Shown piece after piece: positions 36,831 through 45,782 of a DNA stretch of 64,000 nucleotides. The position numbers and the translations under genes are program-made. A model generated the notes under the pieces. The model searched no databases and had not been told where the DNA came from. It worked only from the letters and a program-made list of their open reading frames with translations. This DNA comes from an uncultured Candidatus Rokubacteria bacterium (GTDB taxonomy: Bacteria; Methylomirabilota; Methylomirabilia; Rokubacteriales; DASRDR01): positions 192,001 to 256,000 of the forward strand of contig CAVPSB010000018.1 in assembly GCA_963708025.1 (NCBI GenBank), written 5' to 3'. The first letter of the stretch is position 1. Every line of letters begins with the position of its first letter.

Positions 36831-37109
36831 ATGATCGACGAGACGGCCATGGAGGAGTATCGGGCGGCGTTCGACGCGGACATCAGCCCGATGCTCGAGC
36901 AGCTGTCGCAGGTCCGGATGCGCTACTTCCGGAAGGTGACCCAGGACTCGCGCCTGTCGGGCGCCGACCGCGTCCTCCTGTGCACCCACACCGACGCCGT
37001 GATCCTCTACTCGCTGCTGGCTCTCGACGGCTCGTCGCCGGAGAGCGCGACCAAGTACATGAGCGCCGTGGCCCAGACGGTGCTCGAGCTCATCGAGGAG
37101 CAAGACTGA
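36831..37109 (+). CDS. Hypothetical 92-aa protein
   Basis: GAGGAGAGG RBS, GC3-biased codons, 3 nt upstream of fhs. Confidence 0.75.
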   Translation: MIDETAMEEYRAAFDADISPMLEQLSQVRMRYFRKVTQDSRLSGADRVLLCTHTDAVILYSLLALDGSSPESATKYMSAVAQTVLELIEEQD

Positions 37110-37112
37110 CCC

Positions 37113-38747
37113 ATGAAGCCGATCAGCGAGGTCGCCGCCGGACTCGGGCTGGCCGAGGCCGATCTCATCCCATTCGGGCACCACAAGGCGAAGGTCAACG
37201 TGCGCGCCCTGGAGGCGCGCCGGAGCGCGCCGAACGGCAAGCTGGTGGTAGTCTCCTCCATCACGCCGACCCCGCCGGGCGACGGCAAGACCACGGTGAC
37301 GATCGGGCTCGGCCAGGGCCTCACCCGCCTGGGCCGGCGGGCGGTCGTGGCGCTGCGCGAGCCCTCGATCGGCCCCTGCTTCGGCGTCAAGGGGGGCGGG
37401 ACCGGCGGCGGTCGCTCCCAGGTCGTCCCCGCCGACGAGATCAACCTCCACTTCACCGGTGACATCCACGCGGTGGAGAGCGCGCACAACCTGCTGGCGG
37501 CGTGCCTGGACAACCACCTCTTCCACGACAACGCGCTCCGCATCGATCCTCGCCAGATCCTCTTCCGGCGGGCCATGGACATGAACGACCGCGCCCTCCG
37601 CCAGACCGTGCTCGGCCTGGGCGGCCGCTTCCAGGGCTACCCGCGGGAGGAGGGGTTCCTGATCACGGCGGCCTCGGAGGTCATGGCGCTTCTCTGCCTG
37701 GCCGAGGACCTGGGCGACCTCAAGGCGCGACTGGGCCGCATCCTGCTCGCCTTCACGTTCGACGGCCGCCCGGTCCTGGCCCAGGACCTCAAGGTCACCG
37801 GGGCGATGGCCGCGCTCCTCAAGGACGCGATCCACCCGAACCTGGTCCAGACGCTCGAAGGCTCGCCCGCGCTCGTCCACGGGGGGCCGTTCGCCAACAT
37901 CGCCCACGGCTGCAACTCGGTCCTCGCCACCAAGCTGGCCCTCAAGCTCGGGGAGATCTGCGTGACCGAGGCCGGCTTCGGCTTCGACCTCGGCGCCGAG
38001 AAGTTCTTCGACATCAAGTGCGGCTACGCCGGGCTGGCGCCCGACGCCGTCGTCCTCGTCGCCACCGCCCGCGCGCTCAAGTACCACGGCGGGGTGCCGA
38101 TGAGCGCGGTGGACCGGGAGGACCTGCCGGCCATCAAGGCCGGCATGGCCAACCTCGAGAAGCACGTGGAGGACATCGGCCTCTTCGGGGTGCCGCTGGT
38201 GGTGGCGCTGAACCGCTTCCCCTCGGACACCGACCGCGAGCTGGCCGCCATCGTCGAGCATTGCGGCGCGCTGGGCGTCCAGGCGGTGGTGGCCGACGTG
38301 TTCGCCAGGGGCGGGGCCGGTGGCGAGGCGCTGGCCGCGGCGCTGGCGTCGCTGCTGGAGCGCGAGCCGAGCCGCTTCCGGCCGCTCTACGACTGGACGG
38401 CGCCGATCAAGGCCAAGATCGAGACCATCGCGACCCGGATGTACGGGGCGGAGCGGGTCGTCTACGCCAAGCGGGCCGAGGGTCAGATCGCCCAGGCCGA
38501 GGCTCTCGGCTACGCCGGCCTGCCGATCTGCATGGCCAAGACCCAGCGCTCGCTGTCGGACGATCCGACCCTGCTGGGCCGGCCCCGCGACTTCGCGGTC
38601 ACGGTGAGCGAGCTGCGGATCTCGGCCGGCGCCGGCTTCCTCGTTCCCCTGACCGGGGACATCCTGACCATGCCCGGGCTCCCCCGGTCGCCGAACGCCG
38701 AGCGGATCGACGTGGACGCCGCCGGCGCGATCACCGGCCTCCTCTAG
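37113..38747 (+). CDS. fhs: Formate--tetrahydrofolate ligase
   Basis: TPTPPGDGKTT, LREPS.GP.FGVKGG, INLHFTGDIHA, HGGPFANIAHGCNS, GAEKFFDIKC, TMPGLP. Confidence 0.97.
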   Translation: MKPISEVAAGLGLAEADLIPFGHHKAKVNVRALEARRSAPNGKLVVVSSITPTPPGDGKTTVTIGLGQGLTRLGRRAVVALREPSIGPCFGVKGGGTGGGRSQVVPADEINLHFTGDIHAVESAHNLLAACLDNHLFHDNALRIDPRQILFRRAMDMNDRALRQTVLGLGGRFQGYPREEGFLITAASEVMALLCLAEDLGDLKARLGRILLAFTFDGRPVLAQDLKVTGAMAALLKDAIHPNLVQTLEGSPALVHGGPFANIAHGCNSVLATKLALKLGEICVTEAGFGFDLGAEKFFDIKCGYAGLAPDAVVLVATARALKYHGGVPMSAVDREDLPAIKAGMANLEKHVEDIGLFGVPLVVALNRFPSDTDRELAAIVEHCGALGVQAVVADVFARGGAGGEALAAALASLLEREPSRFRPLYDWTAPIKAKIETIATRMYGAERVVYAKRAEGQIAQAEALGYAGLPICMAKTQRSLSDDPTLLGRPRDFAVTVSELRISAGAGFLVPLTGDILTMPGLPRSPNAERIDVDAAGAITGLL

Positions 38748-38809
38748 CTAGCTAGCCCCGATTCCCTCTTTGGACGGTCTGCCCGCGATGGAAGCCGGCC
38801 GCGCCGGTG

Positions 38810-38818
38810 TGCTAGACT
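38810..38818 (+). promoter_or_regulatory. Extended -10 promoter of the sugar ABC operon
   Basis: TGCTAGACT (TGn-TAGACT). Confidence 0.45.
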
Positions 38819-38861
38819 TCCTGACGCTTCAAAGCCTTCGCTGAAGAGCCATGTTCTCCGG

Positions 38862-38985
38862 GGGCAGGGCCGAGGAGCGAGCAGCGCTAGGACGCAGGGA
38901 GTCGCCGACCGCAGGCGTACTCCGAGTACGCCGAGGATCGGCGACGACCGAGGACGACGCGCTGCGACGCTCATCGGCCCTGCCC
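38862..38985 (-). repeat. Structured repeat family A, short (core) copy
   Basis: Terminal IR GGGCAGGGCCGA/TCGGCCCTGCCC; same core as copies 1 and 2 without the inserted modules. Confidence 0.9.
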
Positions 38986-39009
38986 GCTCACTCGCACGGA
39001 GGAGACGCC

Positions 39010-40326
39010 ATGAGACTGCCCCGGTCGATCGCCGCCTGGCTCCTGGGATCGCTGCTCGCCGCCGCGCTCGTCGCACCCGGGGCCGGTGAGGCGGCTGGGC
39101 CCAAGGGCAAGGTCGTCATCTGGTACGACAGCGGGGCCGCCTGGAATCCCTTCATCACCGAGTTCAACAAGGAGCTGGCCAGCAAGTACCCGGACGTGAC
39201 CGTCGAGTGGGTCACCCAGGACGCGGCGCAGCTCTCGGCGAAGCTGGTCGCGGCGTTCGCGACGCGCCAGGGTCCGGACATCGCCCTGGGCTCCCAGTAC
39301 CGGCTGGTGCCGGTGGAGCAGCAGTTCAAGGCCTGGGCGGACCTCTCCGGCAAGCTCGCCTCCGATCCCGAGCTGAAGGAGATCGCCGGCGCCTTGCCGA
39401 AGGTCCACGTCGACGCGTACTACAGCGGAAAGAAGCTGTGGGGCCTGCCGCAGGTGATCCAGTCGGTCGGGCTCTTCGTCCGGAAGTCCTGGGCCGACAA
39501 GTTGAAGGCCCGGATGCCGGAGGACTGGGACGAGCTGACCACCCTCGCCGAGCGCTTCACGAAGGAGGATCCCGACGGGAACGGCCAGGCCGACACGTTC
39601 GGCTACTGCGTCTTCGGGGCGCCCGGGGTCACGAACAGCGCCGGGACCCAGTTCCTCTACAGCGCGGCGGCCGCCGGGATGCCCCATCCCATCGTGGACC
39701 CCGAGGGCAAGCCCTCGTTCAACACCGACGGGGGGCGCGAGGTGGCCAGGGCGCTCCGGCGCTGGCAGCACGAGAAGAAGGTGACCCCGCCGGCCACGCC
39801 GACCTTCACCCACAAGGAGTTCTACGAGATGGTCCAGGCCGGGAAGTGCGGGATCGGGCGCGTGGGGGCCTGGAACGTCGGCCCCTGGGCGAAGTCGGCG
39901 ATCGGCGAGGACTACGTCGTGATCCCGTACCCGCCAGCCAAGACCGCGCAGAAGGGGTACCAGGTCTCGTGGTCGAACGCCGTCGCGCTCAACGGGGCCT
40001 CGAAGGCCGAGGACGCGACCTACGCGGTCTTCAAGGCGCTCCTGGGCAAGAGCGGGCAGACGGCCTTCTACGACAAGCTCACGAGCTCGGCCCGGACCGA
40101 CCTCGACTGGGCGCGGCTCGCGACGAAGCCGCAACTCGCCTACTTCACCCGGCCGCAGGCCTACGCGCTGGAGATGACCTGGATCGACACCTGGCTGCCG
40201 GTCCTGGACATCCTCTCCCGGCACCTCAACGGCATGCTCGCCGACGCCCGGGTCGACCCCGTGAAGGCGCTGGCCGACGCCGACCGCGAGGCCCAGGCGA
40301 AGGTCGCGGAGATCCGGAAGAAGTAG
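39010..40326 (+). CDS. Carbohydrate ABC transporter substrate-binding protein
   Basis: Signal peptide; GPDI, KLWGLP, PEDWDEL, DPDGNGQADTFG; GGAGGAG RBS. Confidence 0.9.
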   Translation: MRLPRSIAAWLLGSLLAAALVAPGAGEAAGPKGKVVIWYDSGAAWNPFITEFNKELASKYPDVTVEWVTQDAAQLSAKLVAAFATRQGPDIALGSQYRLVPVEQQFKAWADLSGKLASDPELKEIAGALPKVHVDAYYSGKKLWGLPQVIQSVGLFVRKSWADKLKARMPEDWDELTTLAERFTKEDPDGNGQADTFGYCVFGAPGVTNSAGTQFLYSAAAAGMPHPIVDPEGKPSFNTDGGREVARALRRWQHEKKVTPPATPTFTHKEFYEMVQAGKCGIGRVGAWNVGPWAKSAIGEDYVVIPYPPAKTAQKGYQVSWSNAVALNGASKAEDATYAVFKALLGKSGQTAFYDKLTSSARTDLDWARLATKPQLAYFTRPQAYALEMTWIDTWLPVLDILSRHLNGMLADARVDPVKALADADREAQAKVAEIRKK

Positions 40327-40370
40327 CGGGCCGCCGCGCGGGACGCGCCGCCGCTTCCCGCGCCACGCCT

Positions 40371-40405
40371 GGGGGGATCCGGGGGGGTCTTCCGAGACCC
40401 CCCGA
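40371..40405. repeat. Palindromic repeat family C copy (SBP-permease intercistronic hairpin)
   Basis: GGGGGGTCT-tccg-AGACCCCCC, matching 17032-17067. Confidence 0.7.
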
Positions 40406-40417
40406 AGAAACGAGCCG

Positions 40418-41344
40418 GTGGGGCGATCGTCACGCGTCGCGGGGCCGGCAGCGGGTCGTCCGGCCCGCCTCGGACGGGAAGGCGTGCTCTACGCCTTCCT
40501 GGCGCCGATCCTGCTCCTGTATACCGTCTTCTCGCTCTATCCGATCGTGGAGACGTTCGAGCTGTCCTTCTTCGACGCCAAGATCGTCGAGCAGGGGCCG
40601 TTCGTGGGCCTGGCGAACTACCGCGACATCCTGGCGGCGCCCGGCTTCCGGCAGGCCCTGGGCAACACGCTCCTCTTCACGGCGGGCTCGACCGTTGCCG
40701 TCCTGGTGGTGGCGCTCGCCCTCGCGGTCCTGGTCAACATCCCCTGGGTTCGGGGGAAGACGGCGTTCAAGGTCGTCTTCTTCCTGCCGGTGGTCACGTC
40801 GCTGGTGGCGGTCGGCTACATCTGGAAGTGGATGATGGACCCGAGCTTCGGCGTCCTCAACGTGGCCCTGGCCGCGGGCGGGATCCGGCCCGGACCCAAC
40901 TGGCTCTCCAGTCCCGACCTGGCCCTCTGGTCTCTCGTCCTCGTGAACGTCTGGAAGTGGGTCGGGTACTTCCTGGTGATCTTGACCGCCAACCTCCAGG
41001 CCATCGACCGCGGCTACTACGAGGCGGCGGCGATCGACGGGGCCGGGGCCTGGGCGCAGTTCTGGCGGGTCACGCTGCCGCTCCTGCGGGCGGCGATCGT
41101 CCTGTCGGTGATCCTCGCGATCGTCAACTTCCTCAAGGCGTTCGCCCTGGTCTTCGTCATGACCCAGGGGGGGCCGGCGGGGCGGACCGAGCTGATCGCG
41201 ACCTACGTCTACCGCGAAGCCTTCGGGACCGGCCAGCTCCGCTTCGGCTTCTCGGCAGCGGCCTCGATGGTCCTGTTCCTCCTCATCATGGTCGGCACCG
41301 TCCTCGCGAACCGGTCGGGCCGGGCGGGAGAGGTCGCGCTGTGA
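40418..41344 (+). CDS. Carbohydrate ABC transporter permease 1
   Basis: FVGLANY; EAA loop YYEAAAIDGAGAWAQFWRVTLP; MTQGGP. Confidence 0.92.
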   Translation: MGRSSRVAGPAAGRPARLGREGVLYAFLAPILLLYTVFSLYPIVETFELSFFDAKIVEQGPFVGLANYRDILAAPGFRQALGNTLLFTAGSTVAVLVVALALAVLVNIPWVRGKTAFKVVFFLPVVTSLVAVGYIWKWMMDPSFGVLNVALAAGGIRPGPNWLSSPDLALWSLVLVNVWKWVGYFLVILTANLQAIDRGYYEAAAIDGAGAWAQFWRVTLPLLRAAIVLSVILAIVNFLKAFALVFVMTQGGPAGRTELIATYVYREAFGTGQLRFGFSAAASMVLFLLIMVGTVLANRSGRAGEVAL

Positions 41345-42192
41345 CCCGCCGGCGGCGGCTCGGGTGGCGGGACGGGGCGGCCCGGATCGTCGTGTACGGG
41401 CTGCTCGGTCTCGCCGCGCTCGCGATGGCGTTTCCCTTCTACTGGATGGTGGTCACCACCGTGCGGCCCGAGCGCGAGGCCTACAGCGTCGCGCTGAGCC
41501 TCTGGCCCTCCCGGCTGTCCCTCGACGTCTACCGCAAGCTCCTCGCCGACCCGCAGCTCCCGGTCGTGCGGTTCTTCCTGAACAGCCTGATCATCGCCAC
41601 CGGCGCCACCGTCGCCAACGTCGGGACCGCGGTCCTCGCCGCCTTCGCGCTGGGCCGCCACGCCATCCCGGGCGGAGCCCTCGCGTACTACGCCATCGTG
41701 GCCACCATGATGGTGCCGGGGGAGGTGGTGCTGATCGGCCTGTTCCGGGTCGTCAACGCCCTCGGGCTGATCGACACGTACCTCGGCATGCTCCTCCCGC
41801 TGGCCGTGAACGCCGTGAACTTCCTGTTGATCTACAACTACATGCGGGCGCTGCCGCGGGAGCTCGACGAGGCGGCCCGCGTGGACGGCGCGACGAGCTG
41901 GCAGCAGCTCTGGCACGTGATGCTCCCGCTGTCCCGCCCCGTCCTCTACAGCGCCATGCTGCTGGCGTTCCTGGCCGCCTGGCAGAACTTCACGATCCCC
42001 TACCTCCTCGCCCAGAGCAACGCCATGTACCCGCTGGCGGTGGGCGCCCTGTTCACCGAGAGCACCCTCATGGCCACCAAGCAGGAGACGCTCACGCTCG
42101 CGACCATCCTCACGGTTCCCACCCTGCTCGTCTTCGTCCTCACGCAGCGGTTCGTCTTCTCCGGCATCACCGCCGGCGCGGTCAAGGGCTGA
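41341..42192 (+). CDS. Carbohydrate ABC transporter permease 2
   Basis: FPFYWM, FLNSL, LPRELDEAARVDGA; ends GAVKG; GTGA overlap. Confidence 0.92.
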   Translation: MTRRRRLGWRDGAARIVVYGLLGLAALAMAFPFYWMVVTTVRPEREAYSVALSLWPSRLSLDVYRKLLADPQLPVVRFFLNSLIIATGATVANVGTAVLAAFALGRHAIPGGALAYYAIVATMMVPGEVVLIGLFRVVNALGLIDTYLGMLLPLAVNAVNFLLIYNYMRALPRELDEAARVDGATSWQQLWHVMLPLSRPVLYSAMLLAFLAAWQNFTIPYLLAQSNAMYPLAVGALFTESTLMATKQETLTLATILTVPTLLVFVLTQRFVFSGITAGAVKG

Positions 42193-42197
42193 CCGGG

Positions 42198-43895
42198 ATG
42201 ACGGTGGAGGCCTCGATCCGGGTCGACGCCGAGCGGTGGCGGGGACCCCTCCGGCGCATCTGGGCCAGCATCGGCTACGACGAGATCAACTGGACCTACA
42301 CCGGACGCGGGAAGGCCCTCTACGCCACGCTGGGAGAGCTGGCCGAGGTGCCCTACCACGTCCGCAACCACAACGCCCTCACCAGCGGCAACGGCCTCTC
42401 GGAGCCCGCCCGCGGGTCCAGCAACGTCTACCAGGAGCGGCCCGACGGGACCCCGGCCTTCGACTTCGCCATCCTGGACCGGCTGTACGACACGATCACC
42501 GGCGCCGGGTTCCGGCCCATCGTCGAGCTGGGCTTCCTGCCCCGCGACCTGGTGCCGGTCGAGGTGGTGCCCGCCGGCTGGCGGCGGGACGTGGGCCGGG
42601 AGACGTACGAGGCGGACGGGCTCTGGAAATCCCCCCCGAAGGACCACGCTCGGTGGGAGGAGCTGGTGTACCAGGTCGTCCGGCACTGCGTCGAGCGCTA
42701 CGGACCGCGGACGGTGGAGCGCTGGCACTTCGAGGTGTGGAACGAGCCCGACCTCCCGAACTACTGGCGCGGCTCCTTCGAGGACTACTGCCGCCTCTAC
42801 GACCACGCGGTGGCGGGGGCGACCCGGGCCCTCCCGTCGGTCCGGATCGGCGGCCCGGCCACCACCGGCCCCGGGGACCCGGCGGCCCGGGAGTACCTGC
42901 GGCGGTTCCTCGAGCACTGCGGGTCGGGTCGCAACGCGGTGACCGGAGGGAAGGGCACCCGGCTCGACTTCGTGTCGTTCCACACCAAGGGCGCCCACTA
43001 CTCCCGGCGCCGGATCTACAACTGGCAGGCGCCGGTCGAGCGGGAGAGCCCGTCGAGCGCGTCGATGCTGCGCGACATCCGGGCCGGGCTGGAGACGGTC
43101 GCCGCCTTCCCGGCGCTCGGGGGACGCCCGGTCCTCGTCGACGAGTGCGACCCCGCGGTGGGGACGATCTACGGCGTCCACGACAACCCGAACTTCGCCG
43201 TGACCAACACCGAGTACTACCCGACGTTCCTCTGTGCCCTGATCCGGCGCGTCCTCGACCTCGACGCCGACTTCGGCGATCGGATCGCGCTGGTCACGAC
43301 CTGGGCGTTCTACATGGAGGGGAAGCGCTTCTTCGAGGGGAACCGGACGCTCGTCACCAACGACAACGTCGAGAAGCCGATCGTGAACGGGCTCCGCATG
43401 CTCGCCCGGCTCGGCGAGACGCGCCTGGACGTCGAAGCGTCCCACCGCCGGGACGTGCTGGGACCCGGCGCGGCGGACGCCGAGGTCGACGCGCTGGCCG
43501 CCGTCGCCGGAGAGCGGGTCACCGTGCTCGCCTGGCACCAGAGCGACCCGTGGTGGACCGAGGGCGCGGCCGAGGTCCACCTGACGGTGGCGGGGCTGCC
43601 GTTCGAGGGCCCGGCCCGCGTCCGGCACTGGCGCATCGACGGCGCCCACTCGAACGCGCACGGCGAGTGGGTGCGGCTGGGGCGTCCCGAGACCCCGTCG
43701 CCGGCCCAGGTCGCCCGGCTCAGGCGCCGTCAGGGCCTCGAGCTCCTGGAGCCGTCGCGTGTCGTGGTCCCGCCGCGGCGGACCCTCGAGTACCGGTTCC
43801 GGCTGCCGCTCCACGCGACCTCCCTGCTGGAGATCGAGCCGGCGACCGGGGCCCGGCCCGCCGCTCGCCGGCGCCGCCGCGCGCCCGGGGCGTGA
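42198..43895 (+). CDS. Glycoside hydrolase family 39 (beta-xylosidase-like), no signal peptide
   Basis: RPIVELGFLP, FEVWNEPD (acid/base), DFVSFHTKG, VDECDP (nucleophile), WRIDGAHSN. Confidence 0.88.
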   Translation: MTVEASIRVDAERWRGPLRRIWASIGYDEINWTYTGRGKALYATLGELAEVPYHVRNHNALTSGNGLSEPARGSSNVYQERPDGTPAFDFAILDRLYDTITGAGFRPIVELGFLPRDLVPVEVVPAGWRRDVGRETYEADGLWKSPPKDHARWEELVYQVVRHCVERYGPRTVERWHFEVWNEPDLPNYWRGSFEDYCRLYDHAVAGATRALPSVRIGGPATTGPGDPAAREYLRRFLEHCGSGRNAVTGGKGTRLDFVSFHTKGAHYSRRRIYNWQAPVERESPSSASMLRDIRAGLETVAAFPALGGRPVLVDECDPAVGTIYGVHDNPNFAVTNTEYYPTFLCALIRRVLDLDADFGDRIALVTTWAFYMEGKRFFEGNRTLVTNDNVEKPIVNGLRMLARLGETRLDVEASHRRDVLGPGAADAEVDALAAVAGERVTVLAWHQSDPWWTEGAAEVHLTVAGLPFEGPARVRHWRIDGAHSNAHGEWVRLGRPETPSPAQVARLRRRQGLELLEPSRVVVPPRRTLEYRFRLPLHATSLLEIEPATGARPAARRRRRAPGA

Positions 43896-43935
43896 CGCTC
43901 CCGAGGGGCCCGGTCGGCCGCTCGGCGACTCCGTG

Positions 43936-43944
43936 TGCTATAAT
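43936..43944 (+). promoter_or_regulatory. Consensus extended -10 promoter
   Basis: TGCTATAAT about 75 nt upstream of the ABC operon, conspicuous in high-GC DNA. Confidence 0.65.
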
Positions 43945-44018
43945 TCCTCGCCGAAGGACCGCTTGACGTCTTCAGGAAAGCCCTTGACGCCGGTCGCGAC
44001 CCAATTGATGGAGCGCAC

Positions 44019-45014
44019 ATGATCGAGGTCGACCGCCTGACGAAGTACTACGGAGCCACGCCCGCCATCCAGGACGTGTCCTTCTCGGTGGAGAAGGGGT
44101 CGATCGTCGGCTTCCTCGGCCCCAACGGGGCCGGGAAGACGACGACGATGCGCATCCTGTCCTGCTTCATGCCGGCCTCGAGCGGCGTCGCCCGGGTGGC
44201 CGGCTACGACTGCTTCGAGCAGTCCCTGGAGGTCCGCAAGCGGATCGGCTACCTCCCCGAGAACGTCCCGCTGTACGGCGACATGACGGTGGCCGCCTAC
44301 CTCGACTTCGTCGGCGACATCAAGGGGCTGGGGCGGGCAGACCGGCGGCGCCGGGTCGGCGAGGTGATGGCGCGCTGCCTGATCGAGGACGTCCGGGGCC
44401 GCCTGATCGGTCGCCTCTCCAAGGGCTACCGGCAGCGGGTCGGCCTGGCCCAGGCGCTCGTCGCCGACCCCGAGGTCTTGATCCTCGACGAGCCGACGAT
44501 CGGGCTCGACCCCAAGCAGATCATCGAGATCCGGTCGCTCATCAAGTCCCTGGCCGGCGCGCACACCGTCATCCTGTCCACCCACATCCTCCCCGAGGTC
44601 TCGATGGTCTGCGACGGTGTCATCATCATCAACCGGGGCCGGATCGTCGCCAAGGGCCCGCTCGACCGGCTGATGCGGGAGCTGGCGCCGGGCCAGCGGG
44701 TGCAGCTCCAGGTGGAGGGGCCGCTCGAGCTGGTCGCCGCGTCGCTGCGAGCGCTCCCGGGCGTGACCCGGGTCGAGACCCGTGGCGGGGCCGACGGGGT
44801 CGGGACCTTCGTGGTCGAGGCCGACCGCGCCCGGGACGTCCGGCGCGACCTGTTCCAGCTCGTGAGCCAGCAGCGCTGGGCGCTCCTCGAGCTGCGGCCG
44901 CTCGGGCTCTCGCTGGAGGACGTCTTCATCCGGATCGTGGCCGGCGAGGAGCACGAGGCGACGGCCGATCAGGCGGCGGCCGCCGACAGCACCGAGGAGG
45001 TGGAGGCGCGATGA
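44019..45014 (+). CDS. ABC transporter ATP-binding protein (GldA-like)
   Basis: GPNGAGKTT, LSKGYRQRVGLAQA, ILDEPT, STHIL. Confidence 0.92.
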   Translation: MIEVDRLTKYYGATPAIQDVSFSVEKGSIVGFLGPNGAGKTTTMRILSCFMPASSGVARVAGYDCFEQSLEVRKRIGYLPENVPLYGDMTVAAYLDFVGDIKGLGRADRRRRVGEVMARCLIEDVRGRLIGRLSKGYRQRVGLAQALVADPEVLILDEPTIGLDPKQIIEIRSLIKSLAGAHTVILSTHILPEVSMVCDGVIIINRGRIVAKGPLDRLMRELAPGQRVQLQVEGPLELVAASLRALPGVTRVETRGGADGVGTFVVEADRARDVRRDLFQLVSQQRWALLELRPLGLSLEDVFIRIVAGEEHEATADQAAAADSTEEVEAR

Positions 45015-45778
45015 GGGTCTGGGCGGTCTTCAAGAAGGAGATGCGGCTGTACTTCAGCTCGCCCATCGCGTACGTGGTCTTCGCCATCTTCACGCTGATC
45101 GCCGGCTGGTTCTTCTACAACGTCTTCGCCTACTACACCCTCATCAGCATGCAGTCGGCCATGAATCCCATGATGGCCCGCGACATGTCGGTCACCGAGG
45201 GCGTGCTGCGGCCGCTCTTCCAGAACATCAGCGTGATCCTGCTCTTTCTGCTGCCGCTCCTCACCATGCGGCTCTTCGCCGAGGAGAAGAAGAGCGGCAC
45301 CATCGAGCTCCTGCTGACCTATCCGGTCCGCGACGGCGAGGTGCTGATGGGCAAGTACCTGGCCGCCCTGGCCGTCTTCGTGGTGATGCTCACGCTGACG
45401 CTCCTCTACCCCGCGCTGGTGGCGTGGGCGACCTCGCTCGAGTGGGGCCCCCTGGCCACCGGCTACCTCGGCCTCCTCCTCCAGGGCGCGGTCTTCATCG
45501 GCATCGGGATCCTCATCTCGTCGCTCACCGAGAACCAGGTGGTGGCCGGCGTGGGGACCTTCGGCATCCTCCTGTTCCTGTGGGTCATCTCGTGGGCCGC
45601 GGACTCGGCCGGCGGCACCCTGGGCCGCGTCCTCTCCCACGTGTCGGTGACGGAGCACTTCGACTCGTTCGCCCGGGGCGTCATCGACACCAAGGACGTC
45701 ATCTACTACCTGAACCTGATCATCCTGAGCCTGTTCCTGACGCTCCGCTCGCTCGAATCGAAGCGGTGGCGAGGGTAG
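45011..45778 (+). CDS. ABC-2 type permease (GldF-like)
   Basis: YFSSPIAY, TMRLFAEEKKSGTIELLLT, SSLTENQ, HFDSFARG. Confidence 0.9.
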   Translation: MRVWAVFKKEMRLYFSSPIAYVVFAIFTLIAGWFFYNVFAYYTLISMQSAMNPMMARDMSVTEGVLRPLFQNISVILLFLLPLLTMRLFAEEKKSGTIELLLTYPVRDGEVLMGKYLAALAVFVVMLTLTLLYPALVAWATSLEWGPLATGYLGLLLQGAVFIGIGILISSLTENQVVAGVGTFGILLFLWVISWAADSAGGTLGRVLSHVSVTEHFDSFARGVIDTKDVIYYLNLIILSLFLTLRSLESKRWRG

Positions 45779-45782
45779 GACC

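Noticed and set aside
36831-37109. Pup/UBact-like modifier near the GQYL AAA gene
   Set aside because: It ends in EEQD rather than GG(E/Q) or a similar motif and looks folded and hydrophobic, not disordered.
37113-38747. fhs as evidence of a Wood-Ljungdahl pathway
   Set aside because: No acs, cooS, metF or folD genes nearby; fhs alone is common in C1 metabolism.
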